From contig OX597815.1 of the NCBI GenBank assembly GCA_951406725.2, positions 33,480,001 through 33,544,000 on the forward strand: a stretch of 64,000 bases of DNA, in the 5' to 3' direction. Below the pieces are notes generated by a model. It searched no databases. It was given only the letters and a program-made list of their open reading frames with translations, and was not told where the DNA came from. The position numbers and the translations under genes are program-made. Below are positions 38,391 through 53,019 of the stretch, one piece after another. How positions within the stretch are numbered: position 1 is the stretch's first letter; each line of letters starts with the position of its first letter. The DNA is from Octopus vulgaris (lineage: Eukaryota).

Positions 38391-41300
38391 TATCTCAAAT
38401 AAGGGCCATTTGGTTCTCTATCAGCTGGCCATATTGGTGTTGCATTATCTGTTTTAGATTCCCTGATTATCATTTATACGTATTATCCTCAATTTTTCAG
38501 TCTTTCCTTTTAGTAGCATTTAGTTATTCTCTCTTTATTTGAGATACATGTTTCTTATGTGTTCTGTATGTGGAGCTCAGCTGTAGAAACTAGTTACCTT
38601 TCTGTGCTTAATGTTGAAGGGTTAACTAGAAACTATCCTTCAGTAACTCTTTACCAACAATTCCCACCAAATATTAACCTACCACCATTCACTCAATGCT
38701 CATATTTATCCAACTATATCATTCCTCAACTCCAGAAGAGTCTTTAAGTCTAGCTCAGTGATATCCCTGACATTCCCCACCACCCCATTTCATATATTCT
38801 AAAACTAAGAAACATTCATTTAACTGTTCAAAGTGAAATTCTGTGATTGAAATGCATTTGTTTTTAAATAAAAAGTCAAAACTTTTTTTCTTAAATTATT
38901 TCCTGAAATATTTTTTAAATATTTAATTTGCCAAGTATTATATAACAAAGAAAAGAAAAATCAGAATGTTATTTATAGTCCTAAATATCAACAATTTTTG
39001 CATGTATCAAACTACTTTTATTATATTTTTTTTCTCAAATATTATTGCGTATGTATGTGTTTGAATATTGATGTGTGTCTTCAATCTTGTGATTGGTTGT
39101 TGATTTGGTCAATTATGTTGCAGTGCAGATAGTAATTGCAAGCCAATAAAATATCAGCTTTAGGCTAATAAAAGCTATTTACAAGATAATTTATGCTTGC
39201 ATTCTAATCATGGGGATAAAATCCATTTGGACTGTTTTATTTCTTAACTCTTCTCTCTCCACCTTTCTCTTACCCACCTCCCTCTCCACAGCAATTTGAA
39301 CTAAACAAAATGATGATAAGAATTTAACTTCTATTTGATCTTAAAATTTCAGCACATTACAGAGAAGTAAATTAAGGTGGCAATTTCACTTGTGCATTCA
39401 GGCTATAAACTGTTTAAATTTAAAACTTATTCAGTTTCTTATTGTCAGAGATTGTAGTTAAATATACTTAGTAAGTATAATTTTGTATTCTGTTGAGAAG
39501 CAGGTGCAGTGCCCGTAGCTTTTGAAATAAGATTTGCTGTTGTTTCTCTGTCTAAATCAGACCCCTAAGATCAGAGGCATCCTAGTTGTGAACAACTCAA
39601 TTTTGGACATAATCTCTCTTAGACTACATTATTTAATGTGTCCTTTCTTTTCAAAGATGTTAGGATGTGATTTGAGGGAGATTTGGCTGCTATTTCTAGC
39701 AGTCTGTACAACTGTTTGAAGACTATGTTTGACTTGAGAGTGGAACAGAAGTCATTACAGCAAATGAAGGCACAGAAAGAGTTAGCTTAATTTTGATGAT
39801 GATGATTACATAGAAAATTCTCAATATTTACTAGCAATTGCCAATAAAGTGTTTTATATGTTTCTTTCTTTCCTTTTTTTTTATTATGAGATAAAGTTTT
39901 TAAACATTTGTTTTAATTATTGTTTCAGAACAATTCAGTTTAATTAAACTGCATTGCTCATTGTAACCAGATTATATAAAAATTTACAATGAATTATGTT
40001 GATTATAGCTTGAAGCATGTTCAAATTTATTCATTCATTGTTGAACCACGATCATTCTGCAATGGTAGGAGATAAAGTTAAAGAAATCCGGAAATGACTC
40101 GTAGTTTGCCAATTCATTTATGGTAGTTAATTCATTTGCACTGTTTGAACTGTGCTTTCAAACTCAGTTATAAATTAGGATATAAAAGTATGACTGTTTA
40201 TTTATGCAAAAATTTTAATACAGAACAAAATGCTTAAAATACAGCATTTTAAAAATAAACTTTGACATGTTTTTGTGTTCATGTATGGAATTAACAATTT
40301 TTAAGTTTAGGGATTGTCAGTTATACTTTTATATACTGCCCAATGAATACTGGACAATTCTCTGATAATTGTGAATTGGGGCATGTGACAGTGAGTAATG
40401 ATTCATATCTAAAATATATTTATTTATCTAACAAGTCTATGAACTTGTAATTAGAGAGAGAAAGAAAAAAACCCTGTATTGTACATTCAATTTCTATCTC
40501 TCTTTGTCTAATTATTGTTTTTTTTTTCATATCCTGTCTATATATTTACTTATGCAATGTTCTATATGGTCTTGTGTGTGCATGTATAACAGTCTTCATA
40601 ATATCTGACAAACAAATATGTCAGTGTCAACAAGGATAGCCTTTTTTCAGAGTGTGTGTAGAGAGCATTCTTTGCTTTGGAACAAAACCTGGACAGGGAA
40701 GAAGGGGTTTCGGTTTGGCTGCTTTGGAAGGTAGCTAGACTAGGAGGACAGCTTCAAGCATAAACCCTCATTACCTATGAGGGCCCATGAAAATATGAAG
40801 GCTAGGAGAGTGTGTAGACACAATGTATGGACAAGAATGGTGGTTGTATCTGAGGTCCCTATCCATTGGCTCTGAAGATGGGAATATTCATTCATTCTCG
40901 TATGTTTGTTTGTAACAGCAACAGTGTTCTGGATCTAATTTGAATTTTTGGAGGGTCAGAAGCTGATCAGGTCTCTTTGAGAGCTCTAAGTTTTAGGGTA
41001 CATTGTATTTTTGTTTATAATTCTTCAGTCTCTTCAATCTTTACATTAGTTGACAAAAACTTACTGTCATATTAAATATCTTCCAAGAATGAAGTTTTTC
41101 TTGAACTTTTTTCTTTTGTTCATATCCACCAAAATTGTAAGTTACAAAGAGAGTTGTTACTATTAATTTTTTTTCTCATTATCATTATTAACAACAGGAT
41201 AAAAGTTATAAGTACAGTTAAAAAAAATATTACTAGATTTTTGTTGTTGTCTGATATCAATTGTTTTTATCAGATTTTCATTATTTTCAGAATGCAATTT

Positions 41301-42697
41301 TGTGTGACAAAATATGGAAGTTGAGTTGATTATTCAGAATCCTTTGTATAACGTTAGTGTACAATTTTCTATAAAGGGATTGTCTAGATTGATATATGAA
41401 TCATTACGAAGCTTCTGTTAAATGAATTGTTCATATGAGGTGTAGGAGAAAGTAAAATAAGTTTATAGCTAAAAGGCTACACATGAAAGTATCAATGTTT
41501 TGTTTTTGTCTTGTGATTACAAAAGCTTAAAATATATAAAACAAAAGCATAAAATAAAAAAAAAAACTCAGGTTTTTAGTTCTCATGACAATTTTTTATT
41601 TGTTTCTTTGCCAGTTGTTTGCAGTGCATACACCACTCCTAAAGATTACCTCATCACAGCCACCCACTATAAGATGTCATTTCTCTTTGTTTACCTACCC
41701 ACTACTATGGTAGCTGAAATATCAACAAGCAATCTGCCTCTGTTCCATTAACTAATGCCTATTTAAGCATTTGCTGGCGCCATTCAGTGTGTTATTGCCA
41801 TGTAGAGGCACAATCTACTTGTTCAAATATACCATCTATCTTCAGAAAGTATATCATTAATGAATCTTCTCAATTGCTTCATAACACTGTTGCCGTATTA
41901 ACCAGGATATCTACCAAAATATCAGAAATGTTAGCAGCCTGGTCCCTTTTAAATCCAAAGATAATTTTAGTACAAACAATTCTTTTTGCATGTAACTTCA
42001 TCCTGGTTCTAAAATGCATTTATTCTGTGACATATCTTTGATTATAGACTTAGTCTGTCACTTTTTAATGCTACCTGGGCTCTTCAGTTTTTTAGTGAAG
42101 TTCACCATTGCAATACTACACTGTACTGGATGAGACATACTACAAGTTGTACTCTCTATATACAACACTCCTTCAAAAGTGTCATAGCTGGTCATAGTTG
42201 TAACAGCTTTGATCATAAGTCTGTTCATTCATGGATGACCTGGAACTAAACAAGAATACAATACCAGTGAAGGATACAAATTCATGACTAACAGACTCCA
42301 CACTAGCATTTATGAGTCCACTTAGAAGGCAATTGAAGTAAGAATATCAGAATTAACTAAACCTTACTGAAAAAGAAAATATTTAAGAAAATATATTTTG
42401 TTGTTCAAGGATATTTTTTCTTTTAGAATTTGTTGTGGTTTATAATTGAAAGCATTCACTGGTGATATATATAATCATTATTATTAATGTCCTTTTTCTT
42501 CATGCTGATCAGCAGGCTGTGCCAATCAACAGTGCCTGCTCTGGCATGGTTTTTAACAGCTTGGTGCCATTCCTAATGCCAAAACTTCATTAGAGTGTAC
42601 TGGGTTCATTTTTTTGTGGCACCAACACTGGTGAGGTTACTAAGTACTCAGAAGACAAGATCCTTCAACTGGGTGGGATATTGAGGGATAGCAAATA

Positions 42698-42828
42698 GTG
42701 TGATAAACGGACAGGAGTAGGTATCTTGCTGAAGAGAGAGATGTAAGGTAAACCTCACATCTCTCTCTCTCTCTCAACCATGTGTTCACCTCTTCAGCAA
42801 GATACCTGCTCTTGTCTCCTTATCACAT
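42698..42828. repeat. Nested inverted repeat / hairpin
   Basis: gacaggagtaggtatcttgctgaagag pairs with ctcttcagcaagatacctgctcttgtc; inner hairpin agagagatgt..acatctctct. Confidence 0.8.
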
Positions 42829-43494
42829 CTCTCTCTCTCTCTCTCTCTCCCCAGGTAAATTTGAGAAAGAGAATAGGGATAGAGGGACAGAAAAGGTGAG
42901 CTGGGGTAAATGCTGAAATCTGCAACTATTACATTTCTTAATCATGTAGATTGTTATAATGTTCTTATGGCACATTTTTTCATTTACATAAATATTCAAT
43001 TCAAGGGTCATGACTTGTAATTGCTGCTGACTATAGACACTGGCCATGAAGTTACAGTTCTGGACAATCTAACATGATCATATATGATTAAATCTCATAA
43101 CACATACTCTACTCTGTAAGTATAAATAATGAGGTATGTAGGTCTTCCTGCAAAACACTCCATTTTGCAAATGTAAAATGAATGAAGAAAAAATTCTTAT
43201 CTCTGTTAATGTGAAGACAAAAGAAACATTAATGTCAAACATACAACACAGCAATATTAGTTTTATTCTTGTTTTTACTGAGGCTTCATGTCACATTCCT
43301 AAATTCCACATTTTTGTCTAGATATGTTTATATGATACAGTCTGACTCTGAAGGATTTATAGTTTGTGTACAAAGTAATATAGTGTTGATGAAGATTTGC
43401 AAATATGAAATTGATCATCAAATTGCATGTGGTTGGATTTTATTACTATTACATTTCTATGAAGAAATTATAATGCAGTAATTTTTTTTATATG

Positions 43495-44110
43495 CAGTGG
43501 TTACTTGCATGAGCTTGTTAATCAGTACTTGACCTGCTATGGTCAACTTTACTTCTCATCTTTTCGGAGTCAGTAAAATAAGTACAGTTGAGCACTGGGG
43601 GCAATGTAATTAACTACACTCCTTCCTCCAAATTTCTTTCAGGTTTTGTGCCTATAACAGAAATGGTTATTATCATTATTATTAGCAGCAGCATAGTGGA
43701 CTGGTGGAATCATTAGAGCATCAGAGAAAATGCCTTGCATTATTTCTTTTGACTTCCTATGTTCTGAGTTCAAGTTCCGCCAAGTTCATCTTTGCCTTTC
43801 ATCCCTCTGGGGTTCATAAAAAATAATATACCAGTCAGTGACTGGGGTCAATGTAATCAGCCAGCCCCTTCCCTTCAAAATTGCTGGCCTTTTGCCTCAA
43901 CTAAAAATAGTTATTATTAAAGGCTGCAAAATCAGTAGCTAAATTGCCTTACGTTATTTACTTATGTCATTTCACATTCTGAGTTTAAATGCTACTAGGT
44001 TCAGCTTTGCTCCTTGTCCCTACTGTGCTCAAAAAAGAGCCAGTCAAATATTGGAGTCAATTTACTTGACTGTTCTTTCTTTCAATAGCATGGCTTTGTG
44101 TCTGTTAAAA
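43495..44110 (+). mobile_element. Tandem array of ~3 Nin/Deu-type SINEs, CpG-decayed
   Basis: Repeated ttctgagttcaa..tttgcctttcatcc..gggg..ataaaa..tacca..actggggtcaatgtaat units separated by (TTA)n. Confidence 0.75.
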
Positions 44111-45544
44111 TAATCATTTTTATTAATATTTGATTGTATACAACACTTTTAACTTAACTATTTTCATTGTCCAAAATATATTATTGATTTGTGCCTTTAG
44201 GCTTGTTTCTTTGCTTGACTATATATATTGAGGTACATAGGTTACAAATACATGAATGTTGAATTATTGTCTATGTTACTGACCTTACCTTCATGCTCAA
44301 ACAACTCTTAAGACTTGCATTATAATATATTACTATACCAAAGACACACTCCATTCTACTTGCATCAGTCAATTCATTTATTTGAGTGACTGGAATTAGG
44401 GAAACCATCCAGCTGTAAAATATTTGCAAGAAACTATAGAAATGTTGGGAGTCATATATCATACAAACAAGCTTGGAAGCTGGAATATAAAGAAGTAAAT
44501 TATATAATAACACAAGGTGGTGAATTGGTTGAGTTATTAGAGTGTTGGTTAAAATGCCTCACAGTATTTGTTTCAGCTTTCTGTACACCAGGTTCAAATC
44601 TCACTGAGATCAACTTTGCTTTCATCTTTTAGGAATCGATAAAAATGTACCTAGCCAGAGCAGTGCATGGGAGTAACAGTATGAATGTCAGACTAAATGC
44701 CATGCAGTATCTGGCTTTTTGTGTTCTGAGTTCAAATCCTGCCATGGCCAATGGAATGTCACCTTGTTTATAACACCACTGTCTGATACCTTGGAGATCT
44801 TTAGCAGAAGTGTTGTGAGAATTCAGGCCAGGTTTTTAGTTTTAAAGTAACATCCTATCTCCCTACCACTAGTCTTTGATGCCTTGTAGAGGGTCATGAC
44901 CAATGTCTTCCTTACTAACTAAAAGATTTAAAAAAAAAAAATATTTATAGAAATGTAGAACACTGTCATAATTTAAGCTGAAAAATGATGTTAAACATGA
45001 TGTAAATGATGCAAAATATGAAAATTGATACAACATCCATCTATGTGTGTGGTTAGATATTTATTTATGACCATGAGGAAATATTACCTTGCCTGGAAAC
45101 AGGTGAAGGCTGGTGGCAAGAAGAGCATCTGGCTGTAGAAAATCTGCCTTAATGAGTATTGTTCAACCTGTGTAAGCATAGAAAACTATAATGATGGTGA
45201 TTGTGGTTTGCCCTTAGATTGGTCTTGAACAAGTAGATCCATGACCAAATATATCCAAGATTTAGGACTGAGTCTATAAGTATCTTAGTTTATGAATCTT
45301 CTGTAAGGTGATCCTATAGCTTATTGTTTATACTGTTGACAGTGATTCTTTCAGACTACTGAGACCTGTTTTTTTTTTTTTTTGGTCACACCAATGATTG
45401 TGTAATCCACTGTACTGACTACTTTTTGTTTGACATCATAGTTTTACATCTACAATTCATTACTACTTATGACATATCAGAAGTTTATGTATGCATGTAT
45501 GTCTGAGTCTGTGTTTGTATTTATCTCTCTTTTGTATCTTGTGA

Positions 45545-45900
45545 AACTGTTTGGCCTCACTGAGGAAATGACAAAGGACCAGGAGTTGTGGCAATTTGTT
45601 GTACTTGAGAAGACACGTCAAGTTATGTAAAATTGTAACCATCCATATATATATAGGCTTGTCCTTTATAGGTGCTGGTGCCATGTATAATGCACTCATG
45701 CCAGTGCAGCATAAACACACCTGAACCGGTGGCACATACAAAGCACTCAGCACACTATTAAGTGGTTGGCCTTAGGAAAGGCATCCAGCCATAGAAACCA
45801 TACGACAACAGACAATTGGAGTCTGGACAGCTTGCCAGCTGTCCAGCTCCTGTCAAACCATCCAACCTATTTTGGCATGGAAAATGGATGTTAAATGTTG
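45545..45900 (+). mobile_element. RTE 3' end (ORF end plus UTR), degraded
   Basis: ggcctcactgaggaaatgacaaaggacc..tggcaatttgttgtacttgagaagac (GLTEEMTKD..W) followed by UTR motifs and ccaacctattttggcatggaaaatggatgttaaa. Confidence 0.75.
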
Positions 45901-48900
45901 ACAGTGGCACCTAAGTCTGACAGTAAGTATCAGACTTTTTTTTAAAATAAGTACTAGAGTTGATTTGATCAAAGTGCTGCCCTTGCATGACCACAGTCCC
46001 TTGGCTGAAACCAGTAAAATAATAAGCTGTCTTAAATTCTTTAAAATCTCCTGGGCTTGCAAAACATTGACTTCTGTTGAAAATAGGAGTCACAATTATG
46101 CTACAATGTAATCTTGATCAACTTCAGCTATTAGCACAAGACTGGTAGTTAAAAAAAATTAGTACCTTTATATTATTTATTCTGTTAATCTGTATCTGTT
46201 CTATGGGAGATGATTTTATACCTAGGACACTCAGGTACCATCTGATTCAGAAATTCTTCTTGTATATAAAAGTTTGCAGTTTCCATTAAAACTCAATTTT
46301 GCTGTGTCCATAAATAAATCACAGAGACTGCTTTATCTGTTGCTGGGCTGTAACTGGAATAATATGGCCCCTCTCATAGACAACTTTATGTTGTGTGTAA
46401 AAGTGTTGAAAGTTCTTACAATCTCTTTCTTTCTATAATCCTTATAAAAAAAACCCACAACATTGTATATAAGGAAGTTTTGGATTTACCCTGAAAAGTA
46501 AATAAGAAAAACAAAGCATAAAGAGATAACTTGGTGCCAAAAATGGGGAAATCTATAAATAATACAATATGGTACAACTGTCATATAATTTTAATGCAAA
46601 CAACACTGGGTAATCCTGTTGCCATTGCTGCCACCACCATCACTATTTTTTATATAGCAGGAAGTGCAATGAGTTAGTTATTTTAACCCTGTGAAACTCA
46701 TTAAAAATTAGTTGGACTGGACTATTTGAGATATCAATGTCATGGCAATGGACACAGGACAGTGCTTATAAGATGAATTTCCAACCTTTTGGGTGTTTTT
46801 TTTACTTCCTTTTATTTCTATTTATTTTATATGACTTAGTTGTTGAATGGCAGCATCCATCAACTTTTTCAGGGCCTCCAAGACTAGTGTGAAGAATGGA
46901 GGGAGCTATTGTCAAACTTGAATGGTTGTAGCCATCTGTATTCTATTAAACACCCCCTAACGGCCAAATGGTGATATTAAACCAGTCTACAAATTGCTTC
47001 CTTATGTATGTGTGTGTGTGTCTGTGTTATGTAAGGTAAACAGGATCACTTATTCACATCTAAAGACTGTAACCTTGTGGTTGACAATACTCAACTATAA
47101 ATAGAGAAAGCTAATGTGTGCACATACAATTTTCTGAAATAAATTGCATGTTAATACATCATCATCATATCTAAGCTTAGCAATGGAAAACTGTTTGAAA
47201 ATATCCTAGTCTGTCTATTCTTGTGAATTAAAGAAGATATTTTATTAAATTTCCCTTTAAGTAGTATAACCTTTATATATTCATTTTGCTTTTGCAATTA
47301 TAGTAAATTCCTACTGCCACCATTTTAGTAAAATGAGTTCTTGGACAATTTTCTGCTGGTTGCTCTCAGTTTGATATGGGTGTTTCTATTTACGGAGGAA
47401 AATGTATTGGTTGAGAACACATAGCTAATACAATTTATTATTTTATGTCTTCTCTTTTCATAATCCTTGCTACAAAGAGGAAAAAAAAATTGATCAGCTT
47501 ATTGCAGATGTGATGTAGGCTCAAGGTTAGAGTATTGATTGCCAAGAAACAGATTCCTTTCAATTCTTTCTCATACTATGTCATAGTGATGCTGTTTATA
47601 TTTTGCTTTGTTATATGTTTCAATGACATATTCCATACATTGACCTTTGTGGGTTTTTTTTTTAACTGTTATTTTTTTGTAATCAAAGTTTCTAAAATGA
47701 TTGTATATTTATAAGTTTTATTATACATGACTTAATATAAAGGATTATTGAATAAACAGTTTTCTTATTCAGTTATTTCTTCTTTTAGCTTTCTTGTCCC
47801 ATAATCCTGTTCAGCTACTTGAAACAAGGTGATAATATATTTTTGTTTTAACATAAAGTTAATAAAAGCTGAAGTTACATCTATTTATGTATATTGAATT
47901 TTAGAGAAAGAAAACTAAATCCATAACTAAATACATAAATATTTTTATCATTGGCATATTTATTGCATATTTAACCTGATAGGAAACTCCATTTTTTTCT
48001 TTTGCTATTGTTGGCATTGTGTGTGTGTGTGTGTGTGTGTGTGTATGCGAACATGCACACATATATCACACTTTTTTCATGCATGTGAGGTTATATGATT
48101 TTGGAAATTGAGACATTGGTATGATTTATTAGTGTATGTATTTCTCTACTTTTTGTCTGTTACCAACTTTTCAGTTTTATAGTAGAATTATTATGAGAGT
48201 TGGTTGCAGTGATATAAGTAGTTAAATCTTACCTGAAGTTTTATATATATATATATATATATGTATATATAATATGTATGTATACGTATTGTAATGTGTT
48301 GAACTGCTGATTTCTTTGGTTACCCAAATTATTTCCTGATAGTTACTGGTATTAAGGTTTGATCATTGCAGTATGTGTTTTAAAGTATCTGAATTTTTTT
48401 TGTGATTATATAATTTATGTAGCTTTTGTGTATGCAAGGATCTCTCCTCATTGAGAATTTCAGTTGAGGGAAAGTGAGTAGTATATTGAAGCATTCATGC
48501 TTTTTTCTGCAATCATTAACAGTAAATGTGTGATAGCTATCTGGGATTCAAAACCAAATTGCAATACTGCTTTACTCTGTGCTAATAGCACCATAACTAC
48601 TATTATGAAAGCGAGAGAGAGAGAGAGAGAGATTGTGATTTTTTGCATTGCCTCAGAAAAATAGATAAGATAGTTGTTTTGGTTCTTTTGATATAAGAAT
48701 AAATAGTAAAACTAGTGGATATCAATTAAAAATTTTTTACATTTTATTTTGTTTACTTTTAGCTTGGAAGACTTTTTTCCCCCTGTCTTTTATTTTTTTT
48801 TAACCAAAGTTAAAGCAGGATTGTTTTTGCTTGTTTCTTTTGTCAGGCATATCATTCACTACCAACTGAAAATGTAGTTATTGGGAAATATTATAAAAAC

Positions 48901-49189
48901 TATGTATATAAATTTTTAATTTCTGGGAGTGGGTGTTGCTGAAAGAAGAGAAAACAGAGACCCTTTTGTTTATGGTGTTGAATAGTATTGAATACTGACT
49001 CCTCTACTGTGTATTAGACTTGTTTATTTTTCTTCGCACGCACACAAACACATACATACACATATACTATCAATCCTTGAAAGAGTCCTTTTATCAAGTA
49101 GTAATCATATGAGAAGTAGTTGCTCTTGTAACCAATATCAAGTGACTCATTTCAACTGACAATTTTCTGTTGAATACTTCCTAAGCATA

Positions 49190-49930
49190 AATATCAGACA
49201 AAAGCCTTGCAGTACTTGTGTTCAGAGTTTAAATCCCACTGAGGTCAACATTGTCTTTCATCCTTCTGTGGATAAAAAAAAATAAAGTACTAATTAAATA
49301 CTAGGTCAAGATAATTGACTGCCTCCTCCTCCTCCCAATTTCTAATTTTTGGCCTAGGATGGCAAATTGTTGGAATCATTAGTGTCAGAAACAGTGCTTT
49401 GTGATATTTGTTATGGCTCTTTACATTTGGTGTTCAAATCTTGCAAAAGTCAACTTTGCTTTCATCCTTTCAGGGTTGGTATAATAAAGTATCATTCAAG
49501 TATGGGGGTCAGGTGAGCTGGTATTGGAAGAGCATAGGAAAAAGGCTTAACATCTTTTCTTACTCCACTTTATATTGTATTATTATTTTGTTTCTTGACA
49601 GTCTGAGTTCAAATCCAGCTGATGTCAGACTTTACCTTTCATCCTTCTGAGGTTGATAAAATAAAGTACTATTAAAGTACTGGGGTCAATAGTATCAACT
49701 AATTCATTCTCCTCAAAATTATTGGTCTTGTGCCTAAATCAGAAACCATTATTATTGCTATTTATTAAACTTCCTCAAAATTTGCAGCCTCTGCCTACAT
49801 TAGAAACCATCATCATCATCATTATATTGTTACTAATCTAATGACACTGAACCAGTGGAGAAGAGTAAATCACCTTATTGAGTGCCTCACAGTATTTTGT
49901 TGTTTCTACATGTTGTTAGTTCAAATCTCC
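49190..49930 (+). mobile_element. Tandem array of ~4 Nin/Deu-type SINEs, CpG-decayed
   Basis: Repeated gagttcaaatc..gtcaactttgctttcatcctt..gataaaataaagtac..ggtcaa units. Confidence 0.75.
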
Positions 49931-51021
49931 CCAAAGTTTATTCTTCTGGGTTGTTACATTACACTGGTTCTATACAGTAATATTGTTGTATGTAGATGGC
50001 AAGATCTGGCTGATCTCATTTGTGATGTCCACTGAGACAATTCGAAAAAGGTAGTCATTTACAGCTTCTATACTTCTTGTGAAATTTACACACATAATCA
50101 TCATCACTACCATTGTTTTTACATTTATTTATTCCTTGCTTGTATGGGTTAGACAAAATTTCTTGAGGTAAATTTTCTGCAGCTGGATGTACTTCCTGTA
50201 TTCCATTTATCTTTCAAATAGAATACTTTTCATTTCACTGGCCTACATGCATCTGCTGAACTATGAGACTTTTGTTTATTGCCAAATATAAACACTATCA
50301 CTGTATTTGTTTTTTCCCAGATGATGTTCATGAGGGTATGTAGAGTAGACACTTGTTTAAGATTCTATGTAGTGGGACAAAACCTGAAACCATGTGGTTG
50401 CAAAGCAAATTTTGTACCCATACAGCCATGCTTGCACCTATTGACATACCTGTTGGCTGACACCTATAGGTTTGTACATTATAGATCACCATCAACATCA
50501 TTTAATGTTCATGTTCCATAGCATGGGTTAAGACTTATATACTATTCAACACCATATCTACTAGTGAACAATTGAGAATAATTCTATTGGTTTTACCTCT
50601 GCCTTACATATTTGTGACCTTGTACTAATTTACAAAAAAAAAAAATAATGATAATCCAAGTGTGACTGATTTTCTTGAAATATATATTTTCATTTAAAAA
50701 GTTTGGTCAGGCTTGGCTTGCTTTATTTACTGTAGGTATTTTAAACTTGGTGCTGTATAGAGAATAAAGAAAAGAATCTAATTGTATATATGAATGTTTA
50801 TTTCATTGAAAGTGTGTGTATGTGTATACACACACACATCATTATTATCATCATCATTTCCTGTTTTCCATAATGCTGGCATGGGTTGGATGGTAGGAGC
50901 TGGCAAGTCAGAAATCTGCACCAAACTTTACTATTTGCTTTGGCATGGTTTCTATGGTTAGATGCCCTTCCTAATGCTACCCACGTTACAGTGTACTGAG
51001 TGCTTTTTACAGGGCACCAAT

Positions 51022-52624
51022 ATCATCATCATCATCGTCGTTTAGCGTCCGTTTTCCATGCTAGCATGGGTTGGACGGTTCTACTGGGGTCTGTGAAGCC
51101 AGAAGGCTTCATCAGGCCCAGTCAAATCTGGCAGTGTTTCTACGGCTGGATGCCCTTCCTAACGCCAACCACTCCGTGAGTGTAGTGGGTGCTTTTTACA
51201 TGCCACCCGCACAGGTGCCAGACAGAGCTGGCAAACGGCCACGAACGGATGGTGCTTTTTATGTGCCACCGGCACAAGGGCCAGGCGAGGCTGGCAACGG
51301 ACACGAAACGGGGCGGTGCTGGCAACGGTCGCGAAACGGAAGGTTCTCTTAACATGCCACCGGCACTGGTAACACATCTGCAATTTCCATTGATCGATTT
51401 CCATTCTGATCCTCACTTGCCTCAACGGGTCTTCACAAGTAGAGTTTCGACATGCCACCGGCACTGGTAACACATCTGCAATTTCCATTGATCGATTTCC
51501 ATTCTGATCCTCACTTGCCTCAACAGGTCTTCACAAGTAGAGTTTTGTGTCCCAAGAAGGGAAGGTATGCATACGTAGGCTGGCTCCATCCCAAGTAGAA
51601 GGCCATGGGTTATGGACTCACTTGTCCTGCCGGGTCTTCTCGCGCACAGCACACTTCCAGAGGACTCGGTCTCTAGTCATTTCCTCAGTGAGACCTAAAA
51701 TTCGAAGGTCGTGCTTCACCACCTCGTCCCAGGTTTTCCTGGGTCTGCCTCTTCCACAGGTTCCCTCAACCGCTAGGGTGTGGCACTTTTTCACACAACT
51801 ATCTTCATCCATTCTCGTCACATGACCATACCCAGCGCAATCGTCTCTCTTGCACACCACAACTGATGCTTCTTAGGTCCAGCTTTTCTCTCAAGGTACT
51901 TACACTCTGTCGATTATGAACACTGACATTACACATCCATCGGAGCATACTGGCTTCATTTCTTGCGAGCTTACGCATATCCTCAGCAGTCACGGCCCAT
52001 GTTTCACTGCCATGTAGCATGGCTGTTCGTACACACGCATCATACAGTCTGCCTTTCACTCTGTGCGAGAGGCCTTTTGTCACCAGCAGAGGTAAGAGCT
52101 CTCTGAACTTTGCCCAAGCTATTCTTACTCTAGCAGTTACACTTTCAGCACACCCGCCCCCGCTACTGACTTGGTCACCTAGGTAACGGAAACTATCAAC
52201 TATTTCTAGTTTTTCTCCCTGGAAAGTGACGGAAGTTGGTCTCAGAGCATTTTCAGTGTTTATTGTTCCTGAGCATCTGCCACATACAAAAACCATCTTC
52301 CTAGTTAGCCTTCCTTTGACATTGCTGCGCCTCTTATGTGTCCATAGCTTACACTTGGTGCATCTTATAGAGTTTCTACCTACACCTTTTCTACAGATCG
52401 AGCAGGGCCATCTACCTGAAGGCGTTTGTGATTTGTCTACCTTCCTACTGATTACGACTTTGGTTTTAGCTAGATTGACTCTGAGGCCCTTCGATTCTAA
52501 TCCTTGTTTCCACACCTGAAACTTCTCCTCCAGTTCTGATAGCGACTCAGCAATTAGAGCAAGGTCATCAGCATAGAGGAGCTCCCAAGGGCATCCTGTC
52601 TTGAATTCCTCCGTTATTGCCTGG
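51022..52624 (-). mobile_element. Young 5'-truncated RTE LINE with PHD finger, full 3'UTR and (GAT)n tail
   Basis: GCPWELLYADDL, WKQGLESKGLRVNLAKTKV, CSIC..CTKC..H..FVCGRC, EIVDSFRYLG, AWAKFRELLPLL, LHGSETW, GRGRPRKTW; tail aacggacgctaaacgacgatgatgat; highly similar to 23365-24090. Confidence 0.95.
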
Positions 52625-52739
52625 GCATCCTAAGGCCACCAAATTATTTGCAAAACAATTGAGTGGGGAGAGAAGATGGTGATTATGTGAGGAGGTGGGG
52701 CACACTCAACTTAGAGGAAAGTGAAGTGGAACCAAGGAT

Positions 52740-52799
<60 letters not shown>

Positions 52800-52801
<2 letters not shown>

Positions 52802-52983
52802 AAGTGGGCTAAAAGTCATGGAAATGTATGAACTTTTAACAAATCTTTTAAATTATTTTTTTTATTATTTAGATGTTATTTTTCCAACTTAGCTTACAAC
52901 TATTTCATATATAATACTGGGGTATTGTAAATTGAAAACAAAAAAAAATTAAGAAATACGTTCATGACTTTTAGCCCAACCTG
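52800..52983. mobile_element. Tc1/mariner-type MITE (~185 bp)
   Basis: TIRs caaagtgggctaaaagtcatg / catgacttttagcccaacctg; preceded by TA; AT-rich non-coding interior. Confidence 0.8.
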
Positions 52984-53019
52984 TGTAGTATTTCGATAAC
53001 TTTACTTCCATTATTGGAA

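Noticed and set aside
40870-40900. CTGAAGA-stem motif resembling a hammerhead
   Set aside because: The GAAA core is missing (gtat) and flanking stems are not evident.
47789-47828. 40-nt segment with strong acceptor and aag|gtgata donor
   Set aside because: Frame-shifting length, mediocre donor and no recognisable peptide; insufficient alone.
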